Positions 19,125 through 31,712 of a DNA stretch of 64,000 nucleotides are shown here, in pieces. A program made the translations under genes and the position numbers. The first letter of the stretch is position 1; the number at the start of each line of letters is the position of its first letter. Origin of the DNA: an uncultured Gemmatimonadales bacterium (lineage in GTDB: Bacteria > Gemmatimonadota > Gemmatimonadetes > Gemmatimonadales > GWC2-71-9); the NCBI GenBank assembly GCA_963828735.1, contig CAWHFW010000005.1, forward strand, positions 1,632,001 to 1,696,000. Reading direction: 5' to 3'. Below the pieces are notes generated by a model. That model ran no database searches and was not told the DNA's origin. It saw nothing but the letters and a program-made list of their open reading frames with translations.

Positions 19125-21576
19125 GGCCCATGCCGCTTCCCGGCCCCCCTCGCTTTTCGATCCTCGATTGTCATCACGCCGGACCGGATTGCTAACCGTC
19201 GGGGCGGCGCTCTTCCTCGCAGTGGTCGCCACGGGATGCGCGGGCACGAGAGCGACGCCCGAGCCGGTGCCTCAAGTTGTCGAGCGATACCCGATCATTC
19301 CAGCGCCACGGCGCCTCCAGGCCAGGCCCGGCGAATTCCGGCTCGATCGCGAGACGCGCATCATGCTCTCCGATCCCGCCAGCACGGGACTCCGCACGTT
19401 GGCGGTGCTCCTGGTCGCTCCCCTCCGAATTGCCTCTGGACTCCCGCTGCCGGTCTCTCCGGAACCGGCGTCAGAGCACGCGACCAACGCAATCTCGATC
19501 CGACTGACGGCAGATGCGGCCCCCACGGAGCCGGAGAGTTACCGCTTGGTCGTCGCGCAGCGGGGGGCGATCCTCTCGGCCCCGACGCCGGCCGGGCTGT
19601 TCCACGGACTTCAAACGCTCCGGCAGCTCCTCCCGCCTGAGCTGGAGCGCGGGGTCCGATCCGGCGGTGTGTGGGGGAGAGGCGTTGCGCAGACGGGGGA
19701 CTCGGCGCCACCGCCGGCACGGTGGGTCATCCCCGCCGTGGAGATCGAGGACGCGCCCCGCTTCCGCTATCGCGGTATCCTCTTGGACGTGGCGCGCTGG
19801 TTCTACCCGCCGGAGTTCATCGAGAAGCTCATCGACCTCCTTGCGCTCTACAAGCTCAATACGCTCCACCTGCACCTGACCGACGACCAGGGCTGGCGGC
19901 TGGAGATCAAGAAGTACCCGCGCCTCACCCAGGTGGGCGCCTGGCGGAAGGAGACGATCGTGGGGCAGAACTTCGATCCCTACGTCGGCGATGGGACGCC
20001 CAACGGTGGCTTCTACACTCAGGAGCAGGTGCGCGAGCTCGTGGCGTACGCTGCCGCACGGCACGTCACGATCATACCCGAAATCGAGATGCCCGGCCAC
20101 GCGCGGGCGGCCCTCGCAGCGTACCCGGAGCTGTCGTGCACCGGCGGGCCGTTCGAGGTGTCGACCAGGTGGGGCGTGCACGAAGACATCTTCTGCCCGA
20201 GCGAACAGACCTTCGCGTTCCTGGAGGACGTCCTCGTGGAGGTGATGCAGCTCTTCCCCAGCGAGTACATCCACATCGGCGGCGACGAAGTGCCGAAGAA
20301 GCAGTGGGAGGACAGTCCGGTCGCCCAGGAGGTGATTCGGCGGGAGGGGCTCGGTAACGAGGAGGGCCTGCAGGGCTACTTCATCAGGCGCATCGAGGGC
20401 TTCCTCCGCGCGCACGGCCGCCGGTTGATCGGATGGGACGAGACCCTCGAGGGGGGACTCGCGCCTGAGGCGACGGTGATGTCGTGGCGTGGAATCGAGG
20501 GTGGGATCGAGGCCGCCCGGCAGGGGCACGACGTCATCATGACACCGGCCAACCGTGCCTACTTCGACTACTACCAGGGTGATCCCGCGGCCGAGCCGCT
20601 GGCCATCGGGGGCTTTCTCCCGCTCGACAGCGTGTACGCATTTGAGCCGGTCCCAGGCGAGCTGACGCGCGAGCAGGCCGCCCACGTGCTCGGCGGCCAG
20701 GGAAACGTGTGGACGGAATACATCCCGACGCCGGCGCGGGCCGAGTACATGATTCTGCCCCGTATGCTGGCGCTCGCCGAGGTTCTCTGGTCGACGAGGG
20801 AAGCCCGGAACTGGAACCGGTTCGTTGTGGGACTCCCGGCCCAGTTCGCGCGGCTGGATGCACTGGGCGCCGAGTACCGTGTGCCGGAGCCCGTCGGATT
20901 CGGTGGTGACCGGCTGGTGCTCGAGGACCGCATCCGCGTTACGATCAAGCCGCCGTTTCCCGGCGGTGAGGTTCACTACACGATCGACGGCTCGGAGCCT
21001 ACGGTGACCGCGCCCCGATACACCGGCCCCCTTGACTTGCACCTGACCCCCGCTCCTGTGACCGTGAGTGCGCGAGTGTTCCTGCTGAACGGACGCGGGA
21101 GCCCGATCGCCAGAGCACGGATCGCCCGCGCGACTTGGACCGAGTCGGCCGCGGTCCGAGCGGACACCCTCCGGCCGGGCCTCGCCTTCGCGTACTTCGA
21201 AGGGAAGTTCCGGGCGGCCGATGATGTCAGGCAGGGCGAGCCGCTACGGGTGGGCACGGTTCCCGACGTTGAACTCCGCGGCGCCGAGCGTCCGGAGTAC
21301 TACGGCGTTCGCCTCTCAGGGCTCCTGCGGGTGCCGGGCGACGCGCTCTACACCTTCCATCTCTCGTCAGACGATGGCGCCAAGCTCCGCATCGGGAATA
21401 AGGCCATTGCGGAGAGCCAGGGGGGTGTAGGGCAGGGCCAGATCGCCCTTCGGAAAGGCTTCCATCCCATCGAGGTGGTGTTCTTCCAGGCGACTGGGCC
21501 CGCCGAGTTGCGACTGGAGGTCTCCACCCCAGGCTCTTCGATGCAGCCTGTGCCCGCGGAGTGGTTCGCGCACTGA
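19123..21576 (+). CDS. Beta-N-acetylhexosaminidase (GH20) lipoprotein with CHB_HEX_C/Fn3-like and PA14 domains; start uncertain
   Basis: DAPRFRYRG, HLTDDQGWR, EIEMPGH, HIGGDE, YTIDGSEP, SDDGAKL; lipobox-like ATGC. Confidence 0.93.
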   Translation: MAHAASRPPSLFDPRLSSRRTGLLTVGAALFLAVVATGCAGTRATPEPVPQVVERYPIIPAPRRLQARPGEFRLDRETRIMLSDPASTGLRTLAVLLVAPLRIASGLPLPVSPEPASEHATNAISIRLTADAAPTEPESYRLVVAQRGAILSAPTPAGLFHGLQTLRQLLPPELERGVRSGGVWGRGVAQTGDSAPPPARWVIPAVEIEDAPRFRYRGILLDVARWFYPPEFIEKLIDLLALYKLNTLHLHLTDDQGWRLEIKKYPRLTQVGAWRKETIVGQNFDPYVGDGTPNGGFYTQEQVRELVAYAAARHVTIIPEIEMPGHARAALAAYPELSCTGGPFEVSTRWGVHEDIFCPSEQTFAFLEDVLVEVMQLFPSEYIHIGGDEVPKKQWEDSPVAQEVIRREGLGNEEGLQGYFIRRIEGFLRAHGRRLIGWDETLEGGLAPEATVMSWRGIEGGIEAARQGHDVIMTPANRAYFDYYQGDPAAEPLAIGGFLPLDSVYAFEPVPGELTREQAAHVLGGQGNVWTEYIPTPARAEYMILPRMLALAEVLWSTREARNWNRFVVGLPAQFARLDALGAEYRVPEPVGFGGDRLVLEDRIRVTIKPPFPGGEVHYTIDGSEPTVTAPRYTGPLDLHLTPAPVTVSARVFLLNGRGSPIARARIARATWTESAAVRADTLRPGLAFAYFEGKFRAADDVRQGEPLRVGTVPDVELRGAERPEYYGVRLSGLLRVPGDALYTFHLSSDDGAKLRIGNKAIAESQGGVGQGQIALRKGFHPIEVVFFQATGPAELRLEVSTPGSSMQPVPAEWFAH

Positions 21577-21810
21577 GGTGGTCGCTGAGACGCTTCCGGC
21601 GACACTGGCATTAACGTATGGAAGCTAGACTCCGTAACACCCCCGGCGTATCTGCTCTAAGTCCCGTCACGCACCTCATCCCGGTGTGGGGGCTTCTGTG
21701 GGGACTTGGCAGCGGCACTCGGCCCGATTCCGGCGGACTGGTGCGGCTTCGTCCCAAACTATGCGGCTTAATGCGGGGTCTCTTTGCCTCCCTGCGGCTC
21801 GTCCATCGGC

Positions 21811-21850
21811 CTGAAAATCCGCGTGTCGGGGTTCGATTCCCCTCTGGCCG
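21811..21850 (+). repeat. tRNA-Phe 3'-end duplicate 4 (att-like)
   Basis: Two 1-nt deletions in the T-stem and a terminal A>G relative to the tRNA. Confidence 0.9.
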
Positions 21851-21892
21851 TTCGCCCTAACTCCCCTATATAGCAGAATATCACTCACCAGG

Positions 21893-21915
21893 CGGCCACC
21901 TTCTTGAGGTGGCCG
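21893..21915 (+). terminator. CGGCCACC/GGTGGCCG hairpin after att copy 4
   Basis: Inverted repeat followed by GTTTCTCTATTT. Confidence 0.6.
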
Positions 21916-22037
21916 GTTTCTCTATTTGGGCCTTCTCGATCTCAATGCGGCAGTTCGGGATGAAGCACCTTGAGCGCGACGGGCGGGGCGCGCTCGAGGG
22001 TTCCGAAACGCCAGCCGGCTCGCGGCTGCCCTTGCGA

Positions 22038-22055
22038 TATATGACTTACACATAC
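22038..22055. promoter_or_regulatory. Putative MarR operator TATATG-N7-CATAC
   Basis: AT-rich near-palindrome just upstream of the marR start; second copy at 22614. Confidence 0.5.
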
Positions 22056-22066
22056 ATCTTCAATTC

Positions 22067-22585
22067 ATGTCCGACGCCCGTACAGCCAACCTCCTGGGTG
22101 CCGCCGTCACGGCGCTCAACGACGAGCTGGAGGCCGCCACGGCCTCCGCCGCGGAGCATGGTGCTGCCTTCCCGGCCGCGTTGGTATCGGTGCATTGGGC
22201 ACCGGGGCTCAGCATCGAGCAGTTGCGCCGCATACTGGGCCTCTCGCATAGCGGCACCGTGCGGTTGCTGGATCGGCTCCAGCGGGAGGGCGCGGTGGAA
22301 CGAAAAGCCGGCCAGGACGGCCGCTCGGTGTCCGTGCACCTGACCGCCCAGGGGAGACGACATGTGCGGACGATCCTCCATCGGCGCCGCGCGGTCATGG
22401 GCAGCGCGCTCGAATTGCTGGCCCCGGCGGAACAAGATCAGCTGCGTCGCCTGGTGGAAAAGCTGCTCGCGGGCATGACACGGGACCGTGCACACTCGGA
22501 CCACATCTGCCGCCTGTGTGATGAAGCGGCCTGTCCCATCGCCGCATGCCCGGTGGAGGGCGCGGTTCGGGGGGAGCAGGCCTGA
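22067..22585 (+). CDS. MarR-family regulator with a Cys-rich C-terminus
   Basis: wHTH LGLSHSGTVRLLDRL...DGRSV; tail HICRLCDEAACPIAACP. Confidence 0.9.
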   Translation: MSDARTANLLGAAVTALNDELEAATASAAEHGAAFPAALVSVHWAPGLSIEQLRRILGLSHSGTVRLLDRLQREGAVERKAGQDGRSVSVHLTAQGRRHVRTILHRRRAVMGSALELLAPAEQDQLRRLVEKLLAGMTRDRAHSDHICRLCDEAACPIAACPVEGAVRGEQA

Positions 22586-22613
22586 CTCGGCCAGCGTCAT
22601 TCGACGAGGTAAT

Positions 22614-22631
22614 TATATGTATGCTGCATAC
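22614..22631. promoter_or_regulatory. Second putative MarR operator TATATG-N7-CATAC
   Basis: TATATGTATGCTGCATAC downstream of marR. Confidence 0.5.
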
Positions 22632-22971
22632 TTATATATTCTCCGAGCCTTCGACAGCGCCACCGGCTCCCGTCGAGGGAGGAGTCCAGACCCGGAGCGG
22701 GAGATCGCCGATGGCCGGTGGCCGAGTGCTGCAGTCAACCGGCACGACTCGCCTTCACCAGATCGCCCCGACTCAACGGGAACCGGCGGTCGGCCGGTGA
22801 AGGAAGGGAACCTCGTCGCAAAGCGCCCGGGGCTTCTGGGTGTACCTGGGAGAGCCCGCACTGAGTGACAGCGGGGACTTCCGCAGCGGCCGACGCCCCT
22901 CCGACTCGACGGAACCACCGCCGACCGACCTACCCTCGCGCCGGCCCCCTCCCGCGGGCATCTTAAGTCCG

Positions 22972-25632
<2,661 letters not shown>

Positions 25633-25655
25633 ACTGACGGCCGGTCTCTGACGCC

Positions 25656-25696
25656 CTAAAATCCGTGTGTCGGGTCTTCGATTCCCTCACTGGCCA
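25656..25696 (+). repeat. tRNA-Phe 3'-end duplicate 5 (most degenerate)
   Basis: One deletion and four substitutions relative to 6473-6514. Confidence 0.85.
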
Positions 25697-25729
25697 TTCT
25701 CGAGTCGTGCGAAGATCTGATGCACAGCG

Positions 25730-25757
25730 ACGGCCACCCAGGTTGGGTGGCCGTTTT
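25730..25757 (+). terminator. ACGGCCACCCA/TGGGTGGCCGT hairpin with a T tract
   Basis: 11-bp stem running into TTTT. Confidence 0.7.
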
Positions 25758-25830
25758 CGTCTGACGAGGGTCCTGGATCACGACGCATGCACCGCAGTGC
25801 GCGCGAAAGCGCGGCGTCGATCCTAGAGCC

Positions 25831-26349
25831 TCATTGGTTGGGATACAGCTGGACACAAGAGGACACACGCGCACTTTGGGCAGTGAGGATACGGCCGCCG
25901 TTTCGAGTGACCATCCAGGAACACAGCTGCCGAGTGGTCTTACTGGCGACCTGGGAATTGTCGGGCGCGAGTGCAAGCCCGGTGATGCCGTCTCGCACCA
26001 CCACCACGAGGGTGTCGTACTTGCCGCCGACGTCGACGGTGACACGGGTTTGGCCGAGCCGCGCGGACATCGGCGATTCGATGGCGACGGACTGTGCCTT
26101 GCGGAGCCGCAGCCGGGCCTTCGTGCTGTCCTGCGTTCGCCAGGCGACCGCCGTCGTTTGATCGACCTTCCCGTCCTTCCGGGTCACGCGGGCGCGAATC
26201 ACACCCCACGTTGGGCGGTCCAAGCGTGCGGTATCGAGGCCTTGCGGGCGGGCGTCCGTGTAGATCTGCACCCGGACGATCGGGTTCTGGGCTGCCACGG
26301 GACGTGCAGCCAGGGCGAGGAGCGCAAGCAGGCACCAACGGTTAATCAC
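25831..26349 (-). CDS. Secreted protein with an Ig-like (Big_2-like) domain
   Basis: Purine-rich RBS and GTG; signal peptide ending PVAAQ; VAWRTQDSTKA...GQTRVTV pattern. Confidence 0.6.
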   Translation of the reverse strand: MINRWCLLALLALAARPVAAQNPIVRVQIYTDARPQGLDTARLDRPTWGVIRARVTRKDGKVDQTTAVAWRTQDSTKARLRLRKAQSVAIESPMSARLGQTRVTVDVGGKYDTLVVVVRDGITGLALAPDNSQVASKTTRQLCSWMVTRNGGRILTAQSARVSSCVQLYPNQ

Positions 26350-26770
26350 GAGCCACTTCCCTTTCTGGGTCACACACGGCACCGCCCAACAAGGGGCAAT
26401 GGCGGACGTAGCGAATGTTCGCTTCCCGGACCCGGTTGAGAGGCATGTGTCGCGGTGCCCCTTCCGGGTTCCACGCACAAGCCAGGAGCTTCTCAGAATG
26501 GACAGCATGCGGCAGCTCTGGCCGAAAGGCCTGAGCCAGCGTCTTGCTGTTTTATGGGGGAGGTGAGGCCGGGACGAAGTCCGGTCGGCAGGTCGCGATG
26601 GAATGGACACCGGAGAGGCGCCATCTCGTCTTCGCAGCTCGCGACGGCGAGAATCTTCGTGAGGGCGACGCGCGGTGTCAAGGCTCCGCGGGCCGGATCT
26701 CGCGACGTATGCCCAAGTCGCAACAGCCACCCGTTGCTGGGCACCCGGCGCCCTCGTATGATGGGCAACC

Positions 26771-29764
26771 GTGGTCGTATTCATGTTCTCCCTCGCGATG
26801 TCGGTCTGCGTCATCGCCCGCGCCGACACGACGCCCGGTGCCCGGGACGTCGTTCGCCAGGCGATCCATGCGGTGGAGGGCGATAGCGTCGCCCCTCTCC
26901 GCACGGAATGGTCGGCGCGCGTCTCTCGGGACTCGAGCGATCGTGCGGCGTTGCTGGGACTCGCCACCCTGGCAAGGCTCACCTACGACTACCCCGCCGC
27001 AGACCGGCTCTATTCCCGGCTGTTCAACGCCGACTCGCTGCGCCCCGACTCCTACACCGCCTACGCCCGACTCGGCCGCGCCTGGTCCTTCGAAGAGCGC
27101 GGGCAGAGCGACGCCGCGGGCGACGAGTTCGCGCGGGCCCGGGACGTCGCGCATGCGGCGAACGACTCCCCGGCCGAAGCGGAGGCGCTGATCGGGCTCG
27201 CGTTCGCCCGCGGGCCGACCGCTGGCATGACGGCGGCCCGGGCAATCCTCGACACCGCGGGGCGGCTCATTCCGAAATCGGCCCTCGATCTCCAGGCGGA
27301 GCGCGGGTGGCGCCGTGCCATGGTCCGCGCATTGCTCGCCGACTCGGGCGCGACGGCCGAGGCCGTGGCGAGCGTGACGCTCGCCATCCGCTCGGGCGAG
27401 CTCCGGGTCCAGGCCCAGGCCTTCCGTGGGCTCGGGAGGATCCTGGACTGGCGGGGACGCGACGACTCGGCGTTCGCCGCCTTCCGCGAGGCCGAGCGTC
27501 GGTTCCGACAGGCGCGGGACCGGACCTGGTTGGCCGTCACGCTGGCGAACAAAGGGAACTTCCTGCGCAAGCGTGGGGACTTGAGCGAAACGATCGAAGC
27601 GTTTCGACTCTCGGCTGCCGAGGGCGAGCGGTCGCACAATCTCTGGGCGGTCGCGAGCGCGCACACGGCCCTCGGCGTCGTTGCCATGCAGGTCAACGAT
27701 CTCACCGCGGCCGCGGAGCACCTGAATCGGGCGGTCGCCATGTTCGAGGCGCAGGGCGACCGATCGAGTGCGATGAACGCGCGCAAGTTCCTGCCCATGA
27801 TCGCGCTCGCCGATCGTGACTTCACGACCGCGAGACGGCAGACGCTCGAGGCGCTGGCGTTCTACCAGGGAACCGGAGAGACGCTGGACCAGTTCGGGGC
27901 CGACCAGACGCTCGCCACGATCGCGATGCGCGAGCGGAATTGGCCGGCCGCTGCCGACGCGCTTGCGGCAGCCCGGGCGCTCCTGCCGAGGCTCGAGGGA
28001 CCGCGATGGGCCGCTGATCTGGCGTACGACGAGGGGCGCCTCGCCCTCGCCCGTGGCGACCTCGCCGCGGCGGAGCACCTGTTTCAGGGCTATCTCCGCA
28101 CGCTCGACACCATCCAGCATGTCCCGCGGTACGACGTGCGCCTGCGGCTCGCGGACATCTACGCCCGGCGTCGAGACCTCGCGGCCGCGGGGCGCGAGGC
28201 GACGTCAGCCTGGGACGAGCTCGAGCGGTGGCGCGCCACGCTGACCGACCGCGAGCTCAGGTTGCTCGCCTTTCAGGTCGCGGGTAGTGAGAACCAGGTG
28301 TCTCCCGCCAGCGTGAGCGAGCAGCGCGCGAGCGTGGCGCGGGTGCTGGCGGCGCTCGCGACCGGCGGGCGAGCGGCGGACGCGTTCGAGCTCGCGGAAC
28401 GGCGCCGCGCACGAGAGCTCCGGGATCGGATGGCGCGCGCGCAGGTGTTGCGCACGCCCGGGCCCGACGTCGATCAGGCCACGACACCAGGCAAGGCCGC
28501 ACCGGTCTCGGCGGGGAGCATCGCCGCCCTCATCCCCGACCGCCGCACCGCGATCCTGGAGTACGTGACGGGCGGGCTGGGAGCGCCGACTACCCTGTTC
28601 GTGCTGACCCGGCCGAGTTCGGGTGACGTCGCCGTGCGGGCGCGCGTCCTGCCGCCGGCCGACTCGCTCGCCGGCGAGCTCACGCGCTTCCTGGCGCTTC
28701 TGCAGCACGGGGATGATCTCGGGCCGCTTCCGGCCTCGTTCGGCCGCGCGTTGCTCGACCCGGCGCTGGATGACCTCGGTGCCGAGGTCACGCGCCTCAT
28801 CGTGGTCCCGGACGGGCCGCTGCAGCGGGTGCCGTGGGACCTGCTCCGGCTCCCCGACGGGAGGTACGTGGTCGAGCGATTCGCGGTGAGCGTGGCGCCC
28901 TCTGCGGCCATCCTCGCCGCACTCTGGCGCCATCCGAGGCCCGACACCGCCGACCCTGGCCACCCGATGCGAGTCCTCGCCTTCGGCGACCCGGCGTTCG
29001 GCCGAACCACAGCGGGCGGTCCGGCGTTCGCTGATGCGGAGACCGAGCTCCCGCCCGATTCGTCGGGGCGACCCCAGCGTCTTGAGGGCTCCGGCCGCGA
29101 GGCACGGCTCGTGGCGCGCTACAGTTCGGGCGCGGAAGTGCGGCTCCGCGAGGAGGCCAGCGCCTCGTACCTCAAACATGCGCCGCTCGAGCGCTTCCGA
29201 GTCATCCACTTCGCCACGCATGCCGTCGTCGACGAGCGTTCGGTGAGTCGCACGGTGCTGGCGCTGGCCCCCGGCGGCGGCGAGAGCGGCCTGATCGGTC
29301 CGGGCGATCTGGCCGCGCTCAGGCTCGATGCGGACCTCGTCGTGCTCTCCGGATGTCGTACCGCCGGTGGCGTCGTGGTGGAAGGTGAAGGCGTGCAGGG
29401 TCTCACGGCGCCGCTGATCCAGGCGGGGACACGCAGCGTCGTCGCCAGCCAATGGCGCATCGGCGATCGCAGCACCATCGCGTTCATCCAGGATTTCTAC
29501 CAGGCGCTCACGCGGGGCATGCCGGTCGGCGACGCACTCCGCGCGGCGAAGCTCGACGCGCTCCATCGCGGCGCTCCGCCGAGGGAATGGGCGGCATTCA
29601 CGATCGTGGGCGACCCGCTGGTGCACGTCCCGCTCGAGGCGCCATGGCCCAGAGCGTGGCCATCGGTCGTGCTGGCGGTCGTCGCGCTGGCGCTCGGCGC
29701 GGGAAGCATCGTGATTCTGCGCGGCCGCAGGGGAACCGGCGCGACGTCGGCCACTGTTCCGTAG
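26771..29764 (+). CDS. TPR and CHAT (caspase-like) domain protein with a C-terminal TM anchor
   Basis: Helical repeats; IVVPDGPL, IHFATHA, LVVLSGCRT, SQWRIGD, WAAFTIVG. Confidence 0.9.
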   Translation: MVVFMFSLAMSVCVIARADTTPGARDVVRQAIHAVEGDSVAPLRTEWSARVSRDSSDRAALLGLATLARLTYDYPAADRLYSRLFNADSLRPDSYTAYARLGRAWSFEERGQSDAAGDEFARARDVAHAANDSPAEAEALIGLAFARGPTAGMTAARAILDTAGRLIPKSALDLQAERGWRRAMVRALLADSGATAEAVASVTLAIRSGELRVQAQAFRGLGRILDWRGRDDSAFAAFREAERRFRQARDRTWLAVTLANKGNFLRKRGDLSETIEAFRLSAAEGERSHNLWAVASAHTALGVVAMQVNDLTAAAEHLNRAVAMFEAQGDRSSAMNARKFLPMIALADRDFTTARRQTLEALAFYQGTGETLDQFGADQTLATIAMRERNWPAAADALAAARALLPRLEGPRWAADLAYDEGRLALARGDLAAAEHLFQGYLRTLDTIQHVPRYDVRLRLADIYARRRDLAAAGREATSAWDELERWRATLTDRELRLLAFQVAGSENQVSPASVSEQRASVARVLAALATGGRAADAFELAERRRARELRDRMARAQVLRTPGPDVDQATTPGKAAPVSAGSIAALIPDRRTAILEYVTGGLGAPTTLFVLTRPSSGDVAVRARVLPPADSLAGELTRFLALLQHGDDLGPLPASFGRALLDPALDDLGAEVTRLIVVPDGPLQRVPWDLLRLPDGRYVVERFAVSVAPSAAILAALWRHPRPDTADPGHPMRVLAFGDPAFGRTTAGGPAFADAETELPPDSSGRPQRLEGSGREARLVARYSSGAEVRLREEASASYLKHAPLERFRVIHFATHAVVDERSVSRTVLALAPGGGESGLIGPGDLAALRLDADLVVLSGCRTAGGVVVEGEGVQGLTAPLIQAGTRSVVASQWRIGDRSTIAFIQDFYQALTRGMPVGDALRAAKLDALHRGAPPREWAAFTIVGDPLVHVPLEAPWPRAWPSVVLAVVALALGAGSIVILRGRRGTGATSATVP

Positions 29765-29847
29765 GGTCCGGGCGGCAAGGCTCCATCGACTCCAGCTAGC
29801 TTGCACACCGGCACGAGCACGTCACTCACTCCGCTGTCCGAGGCCTC

Positions 29848-30945
29848 ATGCACCAGCCGGCGTACGCTCCCGCCCTGGCTGCCGCGGCGATCGTCGACGA
29901 CTTCTTCGCCCGACAGAGCCCCGACCTCGCCCCGGAAGCGAGCCTCGTCGCTGCGGTGGTCGACGCCGCGTTCTGGGCGAGCCTTCGCCGCGAGGAGGGC
30001 CGCTCGCCGCGCGTGTCGCTCGCGATGGTGCCGCCCGAGCGCACGGGCCAGCCGATGACGTTCGAACGTCCCGTGCCGCTCGAGACCGACCTGCTCGTCC
30101 GGCTCAGTCCTGCCGTCGAAGGCCCCGGCATCCACCTCGGCGTCTGGCGCGCCGCCGCCGGCGACCTGCGCATCTGGGGTGCCGTCCGCGAGCTGCCCGA
30201 CTTCTGCCTCGTCGCCGAGGTGGTGGAGCCGGGGCTGCTCGTGCTCAAGTATCAGCGGGAGAAAGACGCGAAGTTCGGAAACCTCGCCGTCCTCCGTGGA
30301 GACCAGCTACGAGTCGTGGAGGAGGGCGACGGAAGCATGCCCGGAAGGCCCGCGCTCCTCGGCGCCCTCCTGGGCTCCGACAACCTCGTTCCCTGGACCG
30401 AGGGCGGCACGCTGCTGACCCAGCTCGCGGTCTCCATGCGCCGTCACGGGCACGGCGCGTCGTTGCTGGTGGTGCCGAGCGGGACGGAGAGCTGGCGTCA
30501 ATCTCTGGCACAGCCGACGAACTACGCGATCGCGCCTCCGTTCACCGGCCTGGCGCGCCTCCTCGGCCGGCGCGAGGAGCCCGGCGTGATCGACGAGATG
30601 GGCGACCTGGTCGACGCGATCGCCGGACTCACCGCGGTGGATGGCGCGGCGATCCTGACTCAGCGCTTCGAGCTGCTGGCGTTCGGGGCGACGATACGTC
30701 GACGCGAGGGACAGCCGCCGATCGAACAGGTGGTCATCACCGAGCCAGTCGTTGGCAACACGCCGTCCCGCGTGAACGCCATCGACCTGGGCGGCACCCG
30801 ACACCTGTCCGCCGCGCAGTTCGTCCACGACCAGCAGGACGCCTTGGCTTTCGTGGCGTCGCAGGACGGGCGGTTCACGGTGTTCGCCTGGTCGCGCAAG
30901 AAGGGAGTCGTGCACGGGCATCGCATCGAGGTGCTGCTGCTCTAG
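29848..30945 (+). CDS. DACNV-type sensor domain with a diadenylate-cyclase(DisA_N)-like domain
   Basis: AFWASLRREEG near the N-terminus; HGHGASLLVV, LTAVDGA, GGTRHLSAA, VASQDG. Confidence 0.75.
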   Translation: MHQPAYAPALAAAAIVDDFFARQSPDLAPEASLVAAVVDAAFWASLRREEGRSPRVSLAMVPPERTGQPMTFERPVPLETDLLVRLSPAVEGPGIHLGVWRAAAGDLRIWGAVRELPDFCLVAEVVEPGLLVLKYQREKDAKFGNLAVLRGDQLRVVEEGDGSMPGRPALLGALLGSDNLVPWTEGGTLLTQLAVSMRRHGHGASLLVVPSGTESWRQSLAQPTNYAIAPPFTGLARLLGRREEPGVIDEMGDLVDAIAGLTAVDGAAILTQRFELLAFGATIRRREGQPPIEQVVITEPVVGNTPSRVNAIDLGGTRHLSAAQFVHDQQDALAFVASQDGRFTVFAWSRKKGVVHGHRIEVLLL

Positions 30946-31043
30946 CGGACCGCGCCGTGAGGCAGGGCGCCGGCAGACGCGGCAGATTCATGTGTGGCGG
31001 AACGAATCGAGACATGACATCGAGTGGAAAGGCAGGCTGTGAC

Positions 31044-31682
31044 ATGCCGACGTTCGGCGTGCTGGGATCGGGCGAGGTCGGACAGACGCTCGCGAAAGGA
31101 CTGAAGGACCACGGCTACCAGGTGCGCATCGGCAGCCGGACACCCGCCAAGCTGGCGGACTACTCCAGGCAAACGGGTATCCAGGCGGGGACGTTTGCGG
31201 ACGTGGCCCGCTGGGGCGAAGCGGTCGTGCTCGCGGTCGTGGGGACGGCCGCCGAAGACGCCCTGGCGCAGGTGGGGCGGGACGCATTGCGCGGCAAGCT
31301 CGTCATCGACACGACCAACCCGATCACCGACGAGCCGCCGGAGCAGGGCGTGCTCAAGTACTTCACGGATCTGAACTCGTCGCTCATGGAGCGGCTCCAG
31401 CGCAGCTATCCCGAGGCCCGCTTCGTGAAGGCGTTCAACTGCGTGGGGAGCGCGCGGATGGTGGACCCGGACTTCGGTGGCACGCGGCCGACGATGTTCT
31501 ATTGCGGCGACGACGCGGATGCCAAGGCGACGGTCGCGCGGGTGCTCGATCAGTTCGGCTGGGACATCGAAGATATGGGGGGCGCGATCGGGGCGCGCGC
31601 CATCGAGCCGCTCGCGATGCTGTGGTGCATTCCGGGATTCCTGCGGGACAGCTGGGGACACGCGTTGCATCTGCTGCGGTAA
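31044..31682 (+). CDS. NADP-dependent oxidoreductase (F420_oxidored family)
   Basis: GVLGSGEVG, IDTTNP, VKAFN, CGDD. Confidence 0.9.
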   Translation: MPTFGVLGSGEVGQTLAKGLKDHGYQVRIGSRTPAKLADYSRQTGIQAGTFADVARWGEAVVLAVVGTAAEDALAQVGRDALRGKLVIDTTNPITDEPPEQGVLKYFTDLNSSLMERLQRSYPEARFVKAFNCVGSARMVDPDFGGTRPTMFYCGDDADAKATVARVLDQFGWDIEDMGGAIGARAIEPLAMLWCIPGFLRDSWGHALHLLR

Positions 31683-31712
31683 CACGCGGCGCGCGGCGAG
31701 GACTTCGGCGGC

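Larger units (their letters stand above)
18933..21850. mobile_element. tRNA-Phe cassette 4 (about 2.9 kb, single gene)
   Basis: Lies between att copies 3 and 4; carries only a GH20 gene. Confidence 0.6.

Noticed and set aside
25831..26982. 383-aa minus-strand ORF
   Set aside because: The upstream part is low-quality and overlaps the CHAT gene; only the part from GTG 26349 has a signal peptide and RBS.
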